A DNA stretch of 64,000 nucleotides from the human T2T-CHM13v2.0 reference genome, Homo sapiens: the NCBI RefSeq assembly GCF_009914755.1, contig NC_060934.1. The stretch is one strand, 5' to 3'. Below the pieces are notes generated by a model. That model did no database searches and was not told where the DNA came from. It was given only the letters and a program-made list of their open reading frames with translations. The position numbers and the translations under genes are program-made. Positions 11,986 to 28,499 of the stretch are shown piece after piece; position 1 is the first letter of the stretch; every line of letters starts with the position of its first letter.

Positions 11986-14367
11986 CTTTTGGGCGCCTGT
12001 GGGATCTCTGCGTGTATATATGTGTGTGCGTGCGCATCTGTGCGTGTGTGTGTGTACGATCTATGTGTTGGGGGTAGCTGTGTGTATCTGTGAGTGTGCA
12101 TCTGCATCCATGTGTGTCTGTGCCGGTGCATATTTGTGTCTGTGTGTAAACAAGGCACCACGTAGTCTGTTTGTGAGTGTTGTGTGTGAGAAACATGGGT
12201 CTTTGTTGGGAGAGTGGGGGCAGGTGTGTGAAGGTAAGTGTGATGGGAGTGTGCTAACCTGGTCAAGTCCTCTTCTTCAGAATCCTCCTGGCCCTTCCAG
12301 GATGTCAACAAGGAGGGGAGGTGGCAAAGTATTTGGGAGACATGAGATCCCTGTCACACCAGTTCTGGCCTCCCTTGGACTGAACTGCAGGCCAGTTTAA
12401 GGGCTCCCCCTACCCCAGGGCCATCTCAAGGTGGGCCGCTCCCACAAGGATGGGTTCCTCCCATTGTCCCCTGCTGGATGCAGCTGTTTTTCCTTTCCTG
12501 AGAGTGTGTCCTGGGTAGTTGCAGCTAGAAATGTTCTAGAGTCCATGGTCTTTCAAGAAAGTGAGAAAGACCAAGAGGCGAAGACAGACACAGAGATGGA
12601 GAAAGACAGGCAGGAAGGAGCAAGGCCAGCCATGGCAGGGAAAGAAAGAAAGAGGGAGGAAGAGACACAGAGAATGATGGAAAGAGGAGCGGGAGAGAGG
12701 GAGAAGTGAGCGAGCCAGCAGCGTCTCAGCCCATAAAGTCCCTGGAATGGGAGGAAGGGGCGAGGGAGACTCTCGCATCAGCTCAGGCGGGTCATGGCTC
12801 AGCGCAGTATGAGGGCGGGGGGGCCAAGGGCTGGGGCTGCTTTTCTTCCAGGAGCTGAGATGAGTGAAGTGACTTGGGGGAGGCTTGTTTAGAGAGAAGA
12901 GGCAGGAGGAAGGGGTAAGGGGGAGGGAGGGAGGGAGAAAACCCCTCCTGGGGATATAATTCAGGGGAATGACTGAAAGGAACATTTCTGAGGCCATTCA
13001 AGGATGGGGGAGGCAGCTCTCCAATGCTCCAATCAGCTCTCCCTTCCCCACTCTGGGCAAGTCCACCATCTTTCCGAGACCCTCTTTTGGTCCCCAGCCC
13101 CAGAAGCCCTCTGTTTTCCTTCTCTGGCACATTCCTGGGGTCTCCTTTTCTCCCCGCGGGTGGGGCTTGGGAGTGATGGAGCAGGGATTGATGGGCAGGC
13201 CTGCAGCATGCCAGGTGCTGTGCTAGGATTGCACCTGTGGCATCTAATTTACTCATTGCAACAACTCCTTGGAGTGAGAATCGGCCACCCGACTTCAGTG
13301 AGGAAGAAAGGAGAGGTCAGGGACTTGCTCAAAGTCAGGATTTAAGTCAGATCCACCTGAGGCTGAGTGCGGAGCTGTTCCCATTTCCCTCTGCTGCCTG
13401 CTGTCCTGGCCACCACACAGGTACATGCGTACTCCCACACAAAACGGGGTCCAGGACCCAAGGCTAAAGTGGAGAGGCCTCTTGGGGCACGAATCCAGAG
13501 GCTGAGGGTACCTCCTGCACCTGTTCTTCTAGCTCCGCCACCCAGCTGTGAGTACTTTGCCCTGGAGAAGAGCTGCCTGCTCACTGCCTTCAGGCGTGAA
13601 GAAGGCCCAGGCATCAACAGCCCCGGGGCCCCTTTGGACCCTGACTTCACTTTTGTCCAGGGTCCCGAGGCAGCTTCAGGACCCCTTCTGGAAGGTGGCA
13701 GCCAAACCCTCTGGCTCAGGGAGGTACTGGCTCTGTCCTGGGACCTGGTTTCTGCTTCCAGGACCTGGATCGATTTCAAACTCAGCTTCAAGCAGCTATG
13801 ACCTCCCGTTTTAGCTTCATCCCGACAGTGGCCTGAGGCCCAGGGTTTAGAGGTGGAAGTTTCTTTCTTTTGGTCTAAAATTCTGCAAAATGGACATCAT
13901 GGAACCTGACCATTTGGGTACCCACCCCAGCACTGAGCCTCCAAACACCTGATTATTTTGAATTCTATAGATTTATATATTCTAACATCAAATGTCCAAA
14001 CATCTTAATACCCAAGGCTTCCAACATCCAAGCACTTGAGTGCACTGGACACGGAGCACGCAGGAGCTATTGATGGAGTATCCAGAGGTGGAAATCTGAG
14101 ACGGACTCAGGGTGGGGAAGGAGCTCTGTTTTCCTGGCTCCCTCCTGAGTCCCTTCAATCCTCCTGACCTCTTACAGAGGCCACTCTGCCTTCCTCACCA
14201 TCCAGGAGTTTGGCTTAGTCATCACCTCCAGCCCTCAGCACAGACACGGTGCACAGAAACCAGCAACCACTTGGGTCAATAACAACTGGGTGATCACAAC
14301 AGGGGGTCTTTGGGCATTTGGGGGACGGGGGCAAGGGGACAGGCCTGGGGCCGGGGAGAAGGTAGCG

Positions 14368-14555
14368 TGTTCATTTGAATAATGGGCAAAATCAAATTAA
14401 TTCTACATTAAATAGTTGTGAATAAAGGGTTGAAGTCAGCAGTTTCAAACTTGTTTTCCTTAATTACTTTCCGTGTTTAATGTCATTAAGAAGATTAAAA
14501 ATTCATTAACAAGAGTACTAAAGTGGCAAATCAGGAAAGCGATCACTCCAGGTTA
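14368..14555. promoter_or_regulatory. CNE-like block, homeodomain-site rich
   Basis: At least seven TAAT/ATTA cores in ~180 bp (AATTAATT, TTAATTA, TTAATGTCATTAA). Confidence 0.6.
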
Positions 14556-15679
14556 GAAACTCCGCTGAGGCCGCACTGTGAGTCTTCTGCAGGGGGGCGT
14601 GGGTGGGGGTGGGGGCCCGAGAGGGTGGGGGACAGACACACATTCACACTTACACAGCGACGTAGCAACAAGATCAACACATATCCACAAAGGCACACAT
14701 GCATCTTCCGCTTGTCCACCCCAGGACTTCTGTGATTGTGGGAGACAGTGGATTCGAATCTGTCACTAATCACATGAACCCTCTCCTAAGAAAGGGAAAT
14801 AAAGTTCCAACTTTTGTGACAGACAATATATGGCCACAGGAATACTGTCCGCCTGGTGGTCTCGGAGCTCACTTTCCTGTGTTCTGGTCAACCCTCTGTG
14901 TGCCCCCACCTCCCTTTCCCTCCCCTCCCACACTCAAGGGCTCTCCCAGGGCAAACCCGATCAGTTTCCTGGGAGGAGCTGCGTCTTTGAGGCTTAATTA
15001 TCCTGGAAAAGGATCCCTTTTGTCTCCTTAGCTTGTGGGGGAGGGAGGTGAAGGTGGGGCGGGGTCACGTTTCCTTCAGGGAGAGGGAGCAGGGAGACAA
15101 AGGGTACCCTGGTCAGGGCGAGGGTAGGGTAGAAGCAGATGGGGAAGCAGGACCCAAGTGTCCTAGTGTTTGAACCAGACCTTGATCCAACTGCACAGCC
15201 CCCGTCCCAGAGCGGCCCTGTCTCCTAACACCTCGCCCTCTCACTCAGCTTTTTCTCCCCATTTTGTTGGCTGACCCCTTCCTCCCAAACTCCAGACTCC
15301 GCCCCTGCCTTCCATGTAGCTATCACAATCTCTCCAACTCCATTTCCTTCTTTTTCTCTAGGCACCCCTGCATCGGGTGTCTGTGAGTGTTTAGGTCACC
15401 TTGGGTACATCTGTGCCTTTGGGGCAATGGGGCTATGGGTCAGGTGGCTGTGTTGGCAACTGAGTGTGTGACTATGTGGTGTGTCCTTCTGCGTGTGCGT
15501 GTGTGTGTGTGTGTGTGCAAGTACACCCGTGTCTGTGTGTGGCTGAGTGAGAAGGGCCATGATCTCAACTTGAGAATGCCATGTTAATCGTAAACAAAGG
15601 CCGTGGAGAAGCCTGTGAGGGTTTGATTAGAATGAGTCCTTTTATTTTTTTGATGGGAAAACCAAACTCTAAGAAGATG

Positions 15680-16221
15680 AACTTCTACTCTCATGAATAG
15701 ACTCAAGAGAAATAAAAACATAGGTCCACACCAAAACTTGTAGAGGGATGTTCATAGCAGTGTTATTCATGATTGCCAAAAAGTGAAAACCACTGAAATG
15801 TCCATCAGCTGACAAATGCATACATAAAATGTTGTATATCCATATAATGGAATATTAGTCCATTGCCATAAAAAGGAATGAAATACTGATTCATGCTACA
15901 ACACAGATCACTATTGAAAACATGTTAAGTGAGAGAAGCCAGTCACCAAAAAAACACATATTGTATGATTCCCTTTATATGTAATGCAAATAAATAGGGA
16001 CAGAAAATCATTTAGTGGTTGCTTAGGGCTGGGGCAGAGGGTGTTGGGGGAAAAGGGGAGTGACTGGTGATGGCAATGGGGTTTCTGGGAGTGATTAAAA
16101 TGTTCTAAAATTTATTGTGGTGATGGTTGCATGACCCTGTGAATATACTAAAAACCACCGACTTGTACATGTTAAATAGGTGAATTGTATGGTATGTGGG
16201 TTAGATCTTAATAAAGCTATT
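15680..16221 (+). mobile_element. L1 (L1MB-like) 3' end
   Basis: atgttcatagcag...aaatgtccatca...atggaatattag...aaaaggaatgaa...aataaagct. Confidence 0.88.
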
Positions 16222-16734
<513 letters not shown>

Positions 16735-17239
16735 CTACCTGAGATAGCGTGTCTTTTTGTGTGTGTGTCCATATAGATGTGTGGCTTCGGCAGCTCTGTG
16801 GCCCCACACACCTGTAACTGGGCCCAGGCATCTCTCTGCTGTGAGTGTTTGTGTCTGCCGGAATGCATGTCTGGGCTGCCCATGCCTCTCTGCTCATTGG
16901 CTGGGCCTCTGTCTGCATTTGTTTGTAGGTATATCTGTATGTCTGTGTCCATGAAGTCATGTGACTTCATGGGGATCTGTGTTCATGTGTGGCAGTGTTT
17001 CTGCCTATATGTGTCTCAGTGAGTGCCCATGAATTGCTTGATGTGTTGGCCTGTCAGTTTGGGTTCACCTACCTTCATCTCTGGGTCTCTGCACCAGTAT
17101 GTAGTATGCTGGTGTCCACACAGGCCCATCTGCCGGGCCCATGTAGTGGGGCCCACAGACCTGTGCATCTGAATCTATGTGTCTGAGACCCTCCCCCAGG
17201 CACCAGCCCCAGAAGGTGCCTGCCTCCCGACCCCCGCCT

Positions 17240-17520
17240 CTGACAGCCGTGGAGGGAGCGTCACAGTAAATTCATGGCTGCCCGGCTGGGAAACAGGCGG
17301 CTGCAATGGAAAGGAAGCGTGGATTTGCATATTGAATTAAAATTAAGAGCTAATTATGCAAATAAATTATGACATTTGGCAGGAGAATTTGCTTCAAGAT
17401 CATTTATTACATTCTTTTTATAACAGTGTGAGCATTTAACGGTCAAAGACAATATTTTAAGGGAAAATTAACGCAAGATTATTAACCTAAAAACAATTCC
17501 ACATTAATGAGGTGGTGAGC
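17240..17520. promoter_or_regulatory. CNE-like block with two octamer (POU) sites
   Basis: ATTTGCAT 17323-17330, ATGCAAAT 17356-17363, TGACAG 17241, many TAAT cores. Confidence 0.65.
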
Positions 17521-17925
17521 TGGTCCCCCCCACACACCTGGGCAGGTCAGTGCCTAGGCTGGGAAGGACTTTTTCTTCTCCCCTCCTTCCTTGCCCCAGC
17601 CTGCAGGGGAGAGGGGCTAGGAGGGGACTAGGAAGGCAGAGGGAGACTTTGGGGTTTGTATCTTCTTAGGTGGGGAGGTGGGGAGGCCACATCTGAACTG
17701 AAACCCGGACTTGAGACCAGAACTCTGGGCTGAGTTTAGAAGGCCACAAAGAGGATGAGCTAAGGCCCCACTCCCAGAGACCCCTAGTCTGAGGATGACA
17801 AATGTGGCCTTGGCCTGGGGGAGCCCTGTTCTAAGGAGGAATACAGATCCCTACCCTAGAAATGATTCTGCCAATACCAGTTGGGATGGAAGCTGGAAGG
17901 CAGAGTTTAAATCGCCTGGTTATAT

Positions 17926-17940
17926 GCTGCCCCCTGGCAG
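17926..17940 (-). promoter_or_regulatory. CTCF-like motif
   Basis: Reverse complement CTGCCAGGGGGCAGC fits the CTCF core CCASYAGRKGGCRS approximately. Confidence 0.4.
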
Positions 17941-18074
17941 CTCCCATCCTGTCCTCCCAGGTTGCAGACCCCCCAGTTCCCTGGAGTTGCAGACTCTGGG
18001 CACTCCAGGGCTCTGAGCTCTCCACCTTTCCAGGCCCCATTGTCTCTCCATTTTCCCATGACCTGAATCTCTCA

Positions 18075-18656
<582 letters not shown>

Positions 18657-18837
18657 TCACTAAGGCTCTCCCCTCATGAACTCATGCACTTATGAAAGGA
18701 CATGAGGGAGCTGTTTGTCTCTTTTCCTCTTCCGCCAAGTGAGGACGCAGCAAGAAGCACAGGAAGGAAAGAGCGAGAGAGAGCGGGAGAGAGCGGGAGA
18801 GAGAGAGCGGGAGAGAGCGGGAGAGAGCAGGCCTTTA

Positions 18838-19245
<408 letters not shown>

Positions 19246-19879
19246 AAATAACCCAGTCTCAGCGATTTTGTGATAGCAGCTTGGATGGACTAAGGCAGCC
19301 TCCCTGTGTGTGTGTGTGTCTGGCGGCGGGTGGAGGGGTGGCATCCGCGCTACCTGATCCCTATACTTGCTCTGTGAGCTACAGACTCTTTTAGGGCAGA
19401 TTTTGTCTGCAGAGTGTGTCCGTAGAAGGGATCCTATGGTCCACTGGGTGAAAGCCTTGGGTTTCCCAAAGTCTCTGCTCTGATGTAGACATACCCCCTG
19501 AGAAGGAGATGTTGTCACCTGTCATCGCTGGATGCCAGTATTTGGTTCTAGTTCCTCCTGGAACTAGATGGTTGTTTGCCACAGAGAGGGACAGCCACTG
19601 CCCACCCTAAGTTACACCTCCAGACCTAGCATTTCATTTGACCAGATATCACTGGGCAGAGCAGGGTGGCATAAAAGACTATGGGTTGGATTTAGGAGAC
19701 CCTTAGAATCAGGGGTCCTGAGGGCACATCCTTTCTCTGCCATTGACTGGCAGGACACATTGCCCCTGGCTGGTGGTCTGCCTTTCCAGATCTGTCCCCA
19801 CCCTTTTCCACCCTCCTGTGGCCCTGGGATGCTGGCCTGCATGGTCCGCATCAGCTAGCTCCCTTGGGATTGACCAAAA

Positions 19880-20187
19880 GGAGTTCACAGGAAGGGAGCT
19901 TCTTTAGCTCCTTCCCTTCCAGGTGGTTGCAGATTAGCTGGATTTCCCCAATGAAGGCCACAGCTCTCTAGAACTCTCCATACAGAGCTCTCTGCTGGTT
20001 CTGGTAACTTCTCCATTCATGTTTGTCCATTTTAGCCCTGGTTTGGCCATGGCTTCCCACCATTACTAGCCCCGAGATACTGTATCATCACTTATACTTT
20101 TCCTAATCCTTGCCCATACCTTTGTAAATAGTTGTTTTATTAAACTCTCGTCAGATGACCCAATAGGATAGAACATGCTTCCTGACA
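19880..20187 (+). mobile_element. Old ERVL-type LTR fragment (LTR33-like)
   Basis: tgcccatacctttgtaaatag...tttattaaactctc resembles an LTR33-type 3' end; family by recall. Confidence 0.45.
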
Positions 20188-20744
20188 TAAAGGCACCTCA
20201 ATTTCCTCATCTGTAAAACAGGGATGGTAATATACGCCTGACAAGTTATTGGTACACTTCCAGTGAGACAAATTATTTCAAGGTGCTTTGTAATTTACAC
20301 ATCAGGAGTCCAGATGCTTGTTTCCAGGTAGAAACTATACCAGGAATTAGGCTGGTATCGAATGCATCTCTGCTAAGAAGCGTCTGTGTGACCTTGGGTC
20401 AGCCACCACCCTTCTCTGAACCTGTTTGCTCACTGATAACAAACAAGAGCTAAACTCCTAACTTTAAGGTCCAGCTGTAGAAAGTGATGATTCTATGGTC
20501 ACTTAGCTGTTGAGGAAAGAGGGGTCAAGTGACTTACCAAAGGTCACATGGCAGGTTCCTGGCCACCTGCCTGAGAGTCTATCTGGGGCACAGAGCCTGG
20601 TTGGGGTCCCACTGTTGGACCTCAGAGACCTTGGTGAAGTAGACAGAACCCTGCCAAGGTGACCAGGCAGGAAGCCTGTCCCCCACCCTAGCGGCTCACT
20701 CTGTCTCCCAGGGCAGGGTGGACTATCCCTTAGAGAGAGAGGGT

Positions 20745-21015
20745 GGGGTTATTAATAACAATGCTAATAAGAGAGAAAACAAAGCCGGCAGGGCCTGAGC
20801 ATTTTTTAAATAAAGAAATTTCCCTCATCTCGTGGTTAATTTAAAAGGTTTATTTCTTGAAATGAATCCTCTTCATCAAACCCCCCGATCCTTGAAGATC
20901 GGAGGCAACTGCGAGTGCCGGTAATGAATTGATTTGTAACATGAGCGACACGGCGCCCTCCCGCCCGTGCCCGCTGCGGGCCCTTAATCTACCGTGTTTA
21001 AGGGGAAATGAGCTT
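20745..21015. promoter_or_regulatory. CNE-like block
   Basis: AT-rich unique DNA with CpG cluster, palindrome GTTATTAATAAC, TAATGAATTGATT, TTAATC. Confidence 0.6.
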
Positions 21016-21509
21016 CTACATCTCTCTGCCTGAAACCCAGCGCTAGGTAGTGTAGCCAGTCGCCAAGGGCCAGGCCCAGGCCCGGCCAATGCCCCCTCCA
21101 GCAAGGGCCCCTGTAGCAGACCACACCCTCCCACCTCCCAGCACCTCTCTCCCCTCCTTTAAAAGGGAAGTCAAAAGAGTCCCATGGGCCAGTGCCACCC
21201 TCCACTAACCTGAGCCATCCATAGCCACACAGCCATCTGAACAGACACACAGCACACCCACACACACAGCTACACCAACCCATAATCAAATCACATTTGC
21301 ACTTACCCACACAATTCTACAAAGTCACATAAACAGTCTCCCTCGGGCATAAGATTCAGAAATATAATTACACAAATCACCCACACCTACTAACATAAGA
21401 CATTCAGTCATAGAAATGTGTCCAGACACACAGGACCACACACCCTTCTACAGACCCAACTTCTATAGACATGACAATTAATTTGTGCATATTTAGCAAT
21501 GTGGAGGTG

Positions 21510-22011
<502 letters not shown>

Positions 22012-22028
22012 TAAACTGTTAAATTTAT

Positions 22029-22313
<285 letters not shown>

Positions 22314-22589
22314 CTAAACTGTTAGCTTCATGAAGGCAAGGACCTTCATGAATGATATAATGTATTTGAATATTTTAATGTAGTTTTAGCATAGAGTAGG
22401 TGCCTAATAAATGCTAGTTAATATTGTACTTATCATCTAATGCTGTATACTCAATAACTACTTTAGTATACATTTAATATACATAACTACTTTGGTATAC
22501 ATTTTAAAATAAATACATGTTGTTATGCCTATCATGTAGGCTGAGTAACAGAATGATAATTATGAAAAAGAGGGAGGAGGAGAAATAAT

Positions 22590-22810
22590 TATCATTTAGT
22601 GAGTGTTTGCAATGTGCCAAACACTGTGCTAAATATAGTATGTTATTTTATTCAATCTTGACAGCAATACTATGAAATTGTTTCAATATATACCCATTTT
22701 GCAAATGAAGAAATTGGGGCCCAGAGAGGTTAAATGACTTTCTTAAGATCGCAGAGCCAGTAAGTGGAGGAGAGTGGATTTGAACCCAGGTAGCCTGACT
22801 CCAGAACTTG
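22590..22810 (-). mobile_element. MIR SINE
   Basis: cccattttgcaaatgaagaaattggggcccagagaggttaaatgactt...ggatttgaacccagg. Confidence 0.85.
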
Positions 22811-23724
22811 CTTAGGTTGTGAGTAATGCTAAAAAAAAAAAAAAAAAAAAAGTATGTGAACAGCCTTACAGCCTTGCCCTTAAGGAGGGCTCCTATGTCC
22901 ATGCGACAAAGCCAGTTACACCTTGAGGTGTCTTTCTTGAAAGTGACCTTGAAGGTCTCACTGATCCTCTCAAAGTCATAAGCCAGAGGCTTGAAGACAT
23001 CTCTGATAGCAGGTCTGTGGCAGCTCTGGGTGCCTCTCAGGCCAGTCACCTGCCCCAGAATGGGCAAAATCTCCAAACCCAGCTGAGAACTTTCTGTCTT
23101 TCCACTTTACCACCCCATCAGCTGCTAACTGATCTTTGGTACAAATCTGAGTTTTTCTGCACTGAAACATCTTTAAAGCAGGCAAACCCACACCCAAAAT
23201 GCCCCTGGGCACGGGCACAGTGGCAAAATACTACCTCCTACCTTCCACCCTCCTGCTCTGGCTGCTGTCATTTTTCCTGCCTCCACCTGAGGGCCAGGAT
23301 GGCCACAGCCCTTCACCTTGTCCTTAGCGGGGATAGTGGCTTAGACACAGGCTGGATCCCAGATGGAGGAGCGCACTCAGGCCCAAAGCAGCCATGTGGT
23401 CTCAAGGCCAGTCTCCATCCGGGTCCGACTCTCTTGGGCTCCTGGGTTCCTGATGGGAGTTTCTTCCTCATGGCCAGTCCCAGGAACAGTAAGGACTCAA
23501 TGACCTTCCCAAATGGCCTCCAGGCCTCAGTCCAGCCAAATAGTCCCCAGGCAGCCCTGGGGAAATGAGGCACCCTATGTCCAACCTGGGAAACTCTGGG
23601 GACACCGGGCGACCTCTTCCCTCTCCCCGTACTGCTCTGTACATCCATGTATTTTCCTCACTCAGATGCACAGTGCCCGGTGGGCACGGGGCGGGGGCGA
23701 GGGCACGTGCTCCCCTCCTGTAAC

Positions 23725-23920
23725 TTCCTAGAAGAAAATCATTTTTTATAACTGTTGGAATCCTGATTGAGCTGTCAAAAGTACATGAAACCAGCTACAT
23801 AAATGGTAAACTATCCATCAGTCACAGGCCTATTTGTTCTGAGACAGTATAAACATCACACATTTTTCTTCGAGATAGAAAATAATATTTACCCCATCAT
23901 ATCCAGGTAACTTGGCCCCC
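23725..23920. promoter_or_regulatory. CNE-like block with PBX, MEIS and PBX-HOX motifs
   Basis: TGATTGA 23764, CTGTCA 23772, ATCCATCA (=TGATGGAT) 23813-23820. Confidence 0.55.
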
Positions 23921-24109
23921 ACTCCAAAAAGAAACTTATTAGTCACACTGGTCTGTGCCCTCTTATCTCCCAAATCTTTTCATTCTTTTGCCTACTAGTC
24001 TTACCTCCCTTGAAACATTAACTCAGCTCAGTTATTCAGCTTTCTCTCTGTTTGAAACCAGATTTAGCAACCCCCGACCAAAAAAACCCACAGTTAATAA
24101 ATGCTAAGA

Positions 24110-24392
<283 letters not shown>

Positions 24393-24420
24393 TCTAAGGA
24401 GAAACATAAAGGAAATCACC

Positions 24421-24717
24421 TTTTTATTTTTTTAATGAGACGGAGTCTCGCTCTGTCACCCAGGCTGGAGTGCAGTGGCGTGATCCAGCTCACTGCAAGC
24501 TCCACCTCCCGGGTTCAAGCCATCCTCCTGCCTCAGCCTCTTGAGTAGCTGGGACTACAGGTGCCCACCACTACGCCCGGCTAATTATTTTGTATTTTTA
24601 GTAGAGACGGGGTTTCACCGTGTTAGCCAGGATGGTCTCCATCTCCTGACCTCGTGATCCGCCCACCTTGGCCTCCCAAAGTGCTGGGATTACAGGCGTG
24701 AGCCACCCCGCCTGGTC
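24421..24717 (-). mobile_element. Alu (AluY-like)
   Basis: ctgcaagctcc and ccgtgttagccaggatggtc diagnostics; TSD aggaaatcac. Confidence 0.96.
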
Positions 24718-25199
24718 TTAGGAAATCACTGGATTCCAGTGTACAGATTCTGGCCTACTGGGTAAGTGCCCAACACGGATAGATGTAGGGTCAGCCCCAA
24801 TTTGCCTTCTGAGGAGTGGCAAGGTCCCTCTGTGCCCACCTTGTCCCTGCCCACTGGTCTAGTGTGGTAAGAGTGAGAAAAAGAATGCATCCACTCTTTT
24901 GTGTGAGATGTCTCCCCCTGCACACCTGGGCAAGGCTGTGTCCCTTACAGGCACTCTGGACTCAAGGGAACACATCCCAGAAGTTTGAGCCAGCTGAAAG
25001 GGGCTGCAGCTCCCTCTCTTACTTCTTCTTCAGTAAGAACTTGACCTAGGGCAACGGCCCCAGCTGCCAATGACAGATATGTAAGGTTGGGTAAATGGAT
25101 GGTTGGATGAATGGATGGATGGACAAATGGACAGAGAGACAGAGAGATACATGCAAACGTACCCCTACATACAATATCCCCCGCTGAACAGACAGACAC

Positions 25200-26060
25200 A
25201 TTCAGTGCAGCCTAGGAGTTAAGCATAAGGCTCTGCTAGCATCCAGTTAAACCTCGCTGCTCCACTCATCTCTGGAGGTGTGGCCTTGGATATTTAGTTA
25301 ACCTTGCTCAGCATCTTTCAACAGGAAAATGAAAATAATAATATAATCTACCATGTAGGGCTGTGAGGAGTCAATGGTAGTCATGGTTAGCACAGCACCT
25401 GGCATAGAGTAAGTGTTCAATAACTGATTTCTATTGCTATTGCCATTAGATTATACATACTTTGCACACATTTTTGTAAGCACTTATACACACAGGAACC
25501 TCTTAGAAACTTAGATAACGTGCACACATTTGCAAACACGCACATACTGATGAACATATAAGCCGACATGTAGCTGGGCAGCACAGAGTGGTGGCTAGGT
25601 GCACAGTCTGTGGCAACTGAGGTCAACACCAAGCTGTGCCATTTGCCAGCTGTGCGATTTCCAGCAAGTTACTTAACCGCAGTGTTCCCGTCTATCAAAT
25701 GGGAAGAATAAAAATAGCTCCTCCTTCGTAGGATTCTTGTGAGGGTTAAATTCATTAAATATTTACAAAACACTTAAAAACACTGTGTGACAGATTCTAA
25801 ACACTGTATGTTTGAGAAATACAAATAAATCCCACACCTTGTAAACAAATACCTGTCAAGCTCCTGGAGTTTACATAACACTCTTAAAGTATTATCCTGT
25901 TAGATCTTTTCAGTAGCCTTTGGGTCAGGATTAATATTATCCCCACTTATAGATGAGGAAGCTGAGGCTAAAAGAGATCAATGATCTGTATAAAACCCGG
26001 CAGCTGGGGAGCCAGTGAGTGGTAGATAAGCCAGGCCTCTTGACTTTAACTACCATGTTC
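25200..26060. mobile_element. Cluster of MIR fragments (two +, one -)
   Basis: ccttggatatttagttaacc...; gcaagttacttaacc...gtgagggttaaat; attatccccacttatagatgaggaagctgaggct. Confidence 0.7.
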
Positions 26061-26217
26061 TTTTCACTAAGCATCAGATATGCTGAGTGTATGTGTAGCT
26101 GGGTATGTGGATTAGGTTTTCTCTGCCTTTGTTATCAGGGCTCCCCAGCCCTCCTTCACCTCTTCCACCTGCCCCTGCCCCCAGAAGATTCCCCACCCCC
26201 AGGAAATGGTCCAAACC

Positions 26218-26298
26218 CGTAGTTCTCAAAGCATGGTCCTGGACCTGTCGCATCAGCATCATGTGGGAACCTGTTAGAAATGCAGATTCTTGGGCCCT
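26218..26298. mobile_element. MER5A-like hAT-Charlie fragment
   Basis: gttctcaaagcatggtcctggacc...catcagcatca...ttagaaatgcagattcttgggccc. Confidence 0.8.
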
Positions 26299-27948
26299 GT
26301 TTCAGCAAGAAGTGCTGGAGCAGTTCAGGAGGACAGGGTGGACTAGAGGGAAGCTTCTGGAATAGGGGAGGCTTGGCCTGGGCCTTGAGCATCGGGTAGA
26401 GGAGAGAGCCCTGAGGAAGTGGGAAGTGCACCGTCTGATAAGAGAAGCTCTGGCTGCTGAAGTGATGTTCTAGGTGGGGGAAGTGGGGGAGACGAGAGCT
26501 GAGCTGAGTCATTTGAGTGTCTTTTGATTTCTCCTAGACACTGTACCCTATTAGGTGGTCTGTCCTTGAATATCTGAAAAGAGGCTTTGTAGAAATTTAT
26601 CTCTCAAGACAAACCCCAAAGACCCTCCCCTGCAGGGTCAGAGCATTGCCAGAACTGGGGGTGGCCTCCTCCTATCCCCATGCTCTCTGGATTCGCCTCC
26701 AGAGTGGCAGCCTCCAGCCCTGAATGACTGTGGGGAACCCCAGCCTCATTCCCACCAGGCCCAGATTAATAAAGTAGGGGGGTTTTGCAAGGAGAATGGG
26801 AGACGACTGTGGCCTTCTCCCCACTTTTCCCCTGGGGCCTGAGCCAGGCCCAGCAGAGGCACCCGTGTGACCAGAGGCCCTGCCCAGAGTGGGGCTTCCT
26901 CCATGTGCATCCTGTGTGTACACGTGAGGCTGAGACTCCAGGCTGGGAAGAGTCCAGGGTGAGCTGGCCAGGGGCTCAGGGCTGGAGAAGAGTGAGCAGC
27001 CACCCCCCTGTGTCCTGCCCGGGGCTACCACTAGGAGGCTAATGAAAAGGGAAGATGCAGGCCAAGGCTTGGGCCAGCAGGAGACAGCAAGGGGACAATG
27101 TGAGGCAGGAGGGAGGTGGCCCTCAGGCAGGGACAGACAATGTCCCCATATGGGAAGCAGACGGAGCCTCCCCGCCCCCCTTGGTCCGGGGGCCTCTGCT
27201 GCAGCAGGCAGTCCTCGCAGCTAAACACCGGGTCGTTTGTATCCAGGAAGATGGGCCCGCTGAGCTGCGGCTGGGAAAGGAGCAGAAGGAGGGTGAGCTC
27301 AGCTCACCAAGGTCCCCACGAAGGACTTTGGCAGGACGACACGGAGCCACGCGTGCACCCCAACAGCACTCATGCGTGCACCCACAGTAAGATCACTTTC
27401 TGCTTTTTCTAAATCTTTTAAAATTACACCGTAATATATGCTCAAAGTAAAAGATTACAACAATACAGAGAAGTATGCAGCGTAAAATGTGAAAATTACC
27501 CCATCGTCGCAACCTCACCAACTCCCTTTTTCAGAGGCAATTACTTTTAATACCTGCCTTCAAGCAAAGGCTGCTTTCTAACGTAAGACCATGGTGGATC
27601 TGTCACCACACAAAGGCGGCTTCACTCTCCAGTCAGTGCCAGGCTTTCCTTGGAGCAGAGCACTGCGGAGGGGCGGCTAGGATGACGCAGAGGTTCACAC
27701 AGCCTCCCTGCCTGTGACCCAACTGGGAGACATCTGCCTAGTGATCCCAGGTTTTAAATCATCTATCATGATTCCATTTCTACCCAAGGTGATCACCTCC
27801 TGACAATTTTTAAAATCTTCTGTCTTTACCTATTCATGCCAAACCCCATTTTTAGTTTTATACGTTTTTCTCTGTCTTTAAAATTTAGGTCAGCTTGTTT
27901 GCTATTGCTCATAAATTATTTTTGCTAGTGATCAAAAGCTACGGATAA

Positions 27949-28260
<312 letters not shown>

Positions 28261-28499
28261 AGATGAAAAGTTTGTAATTTCACGGTGATTGAAGGCCTTC
28301 AGCCTTTTGAGCCTCAGGCTCTCACCAGGCTGTCCACTCATCTTCTGGAGGTGAGAACTGAGCAGAGGTCCTGCTCCTCTCTGGGACAGCCCCAAAGGAC
28401 ACTCTCTCTGGGACTAGAGATCCCATTGTTTCTTCCCTAGGGGAGGGAACGAACAATTATTGGGCCCCTACTATGTGCTAGCCCCTTCCTTATACATTG

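Noticed and set aside
13342-13814. Overlapping 144/149-aa ORFs with coding-like look
   Set aside because: Open on both strands, no recognisable domain, no convincing exon structure; expected in GC-rich DNA.
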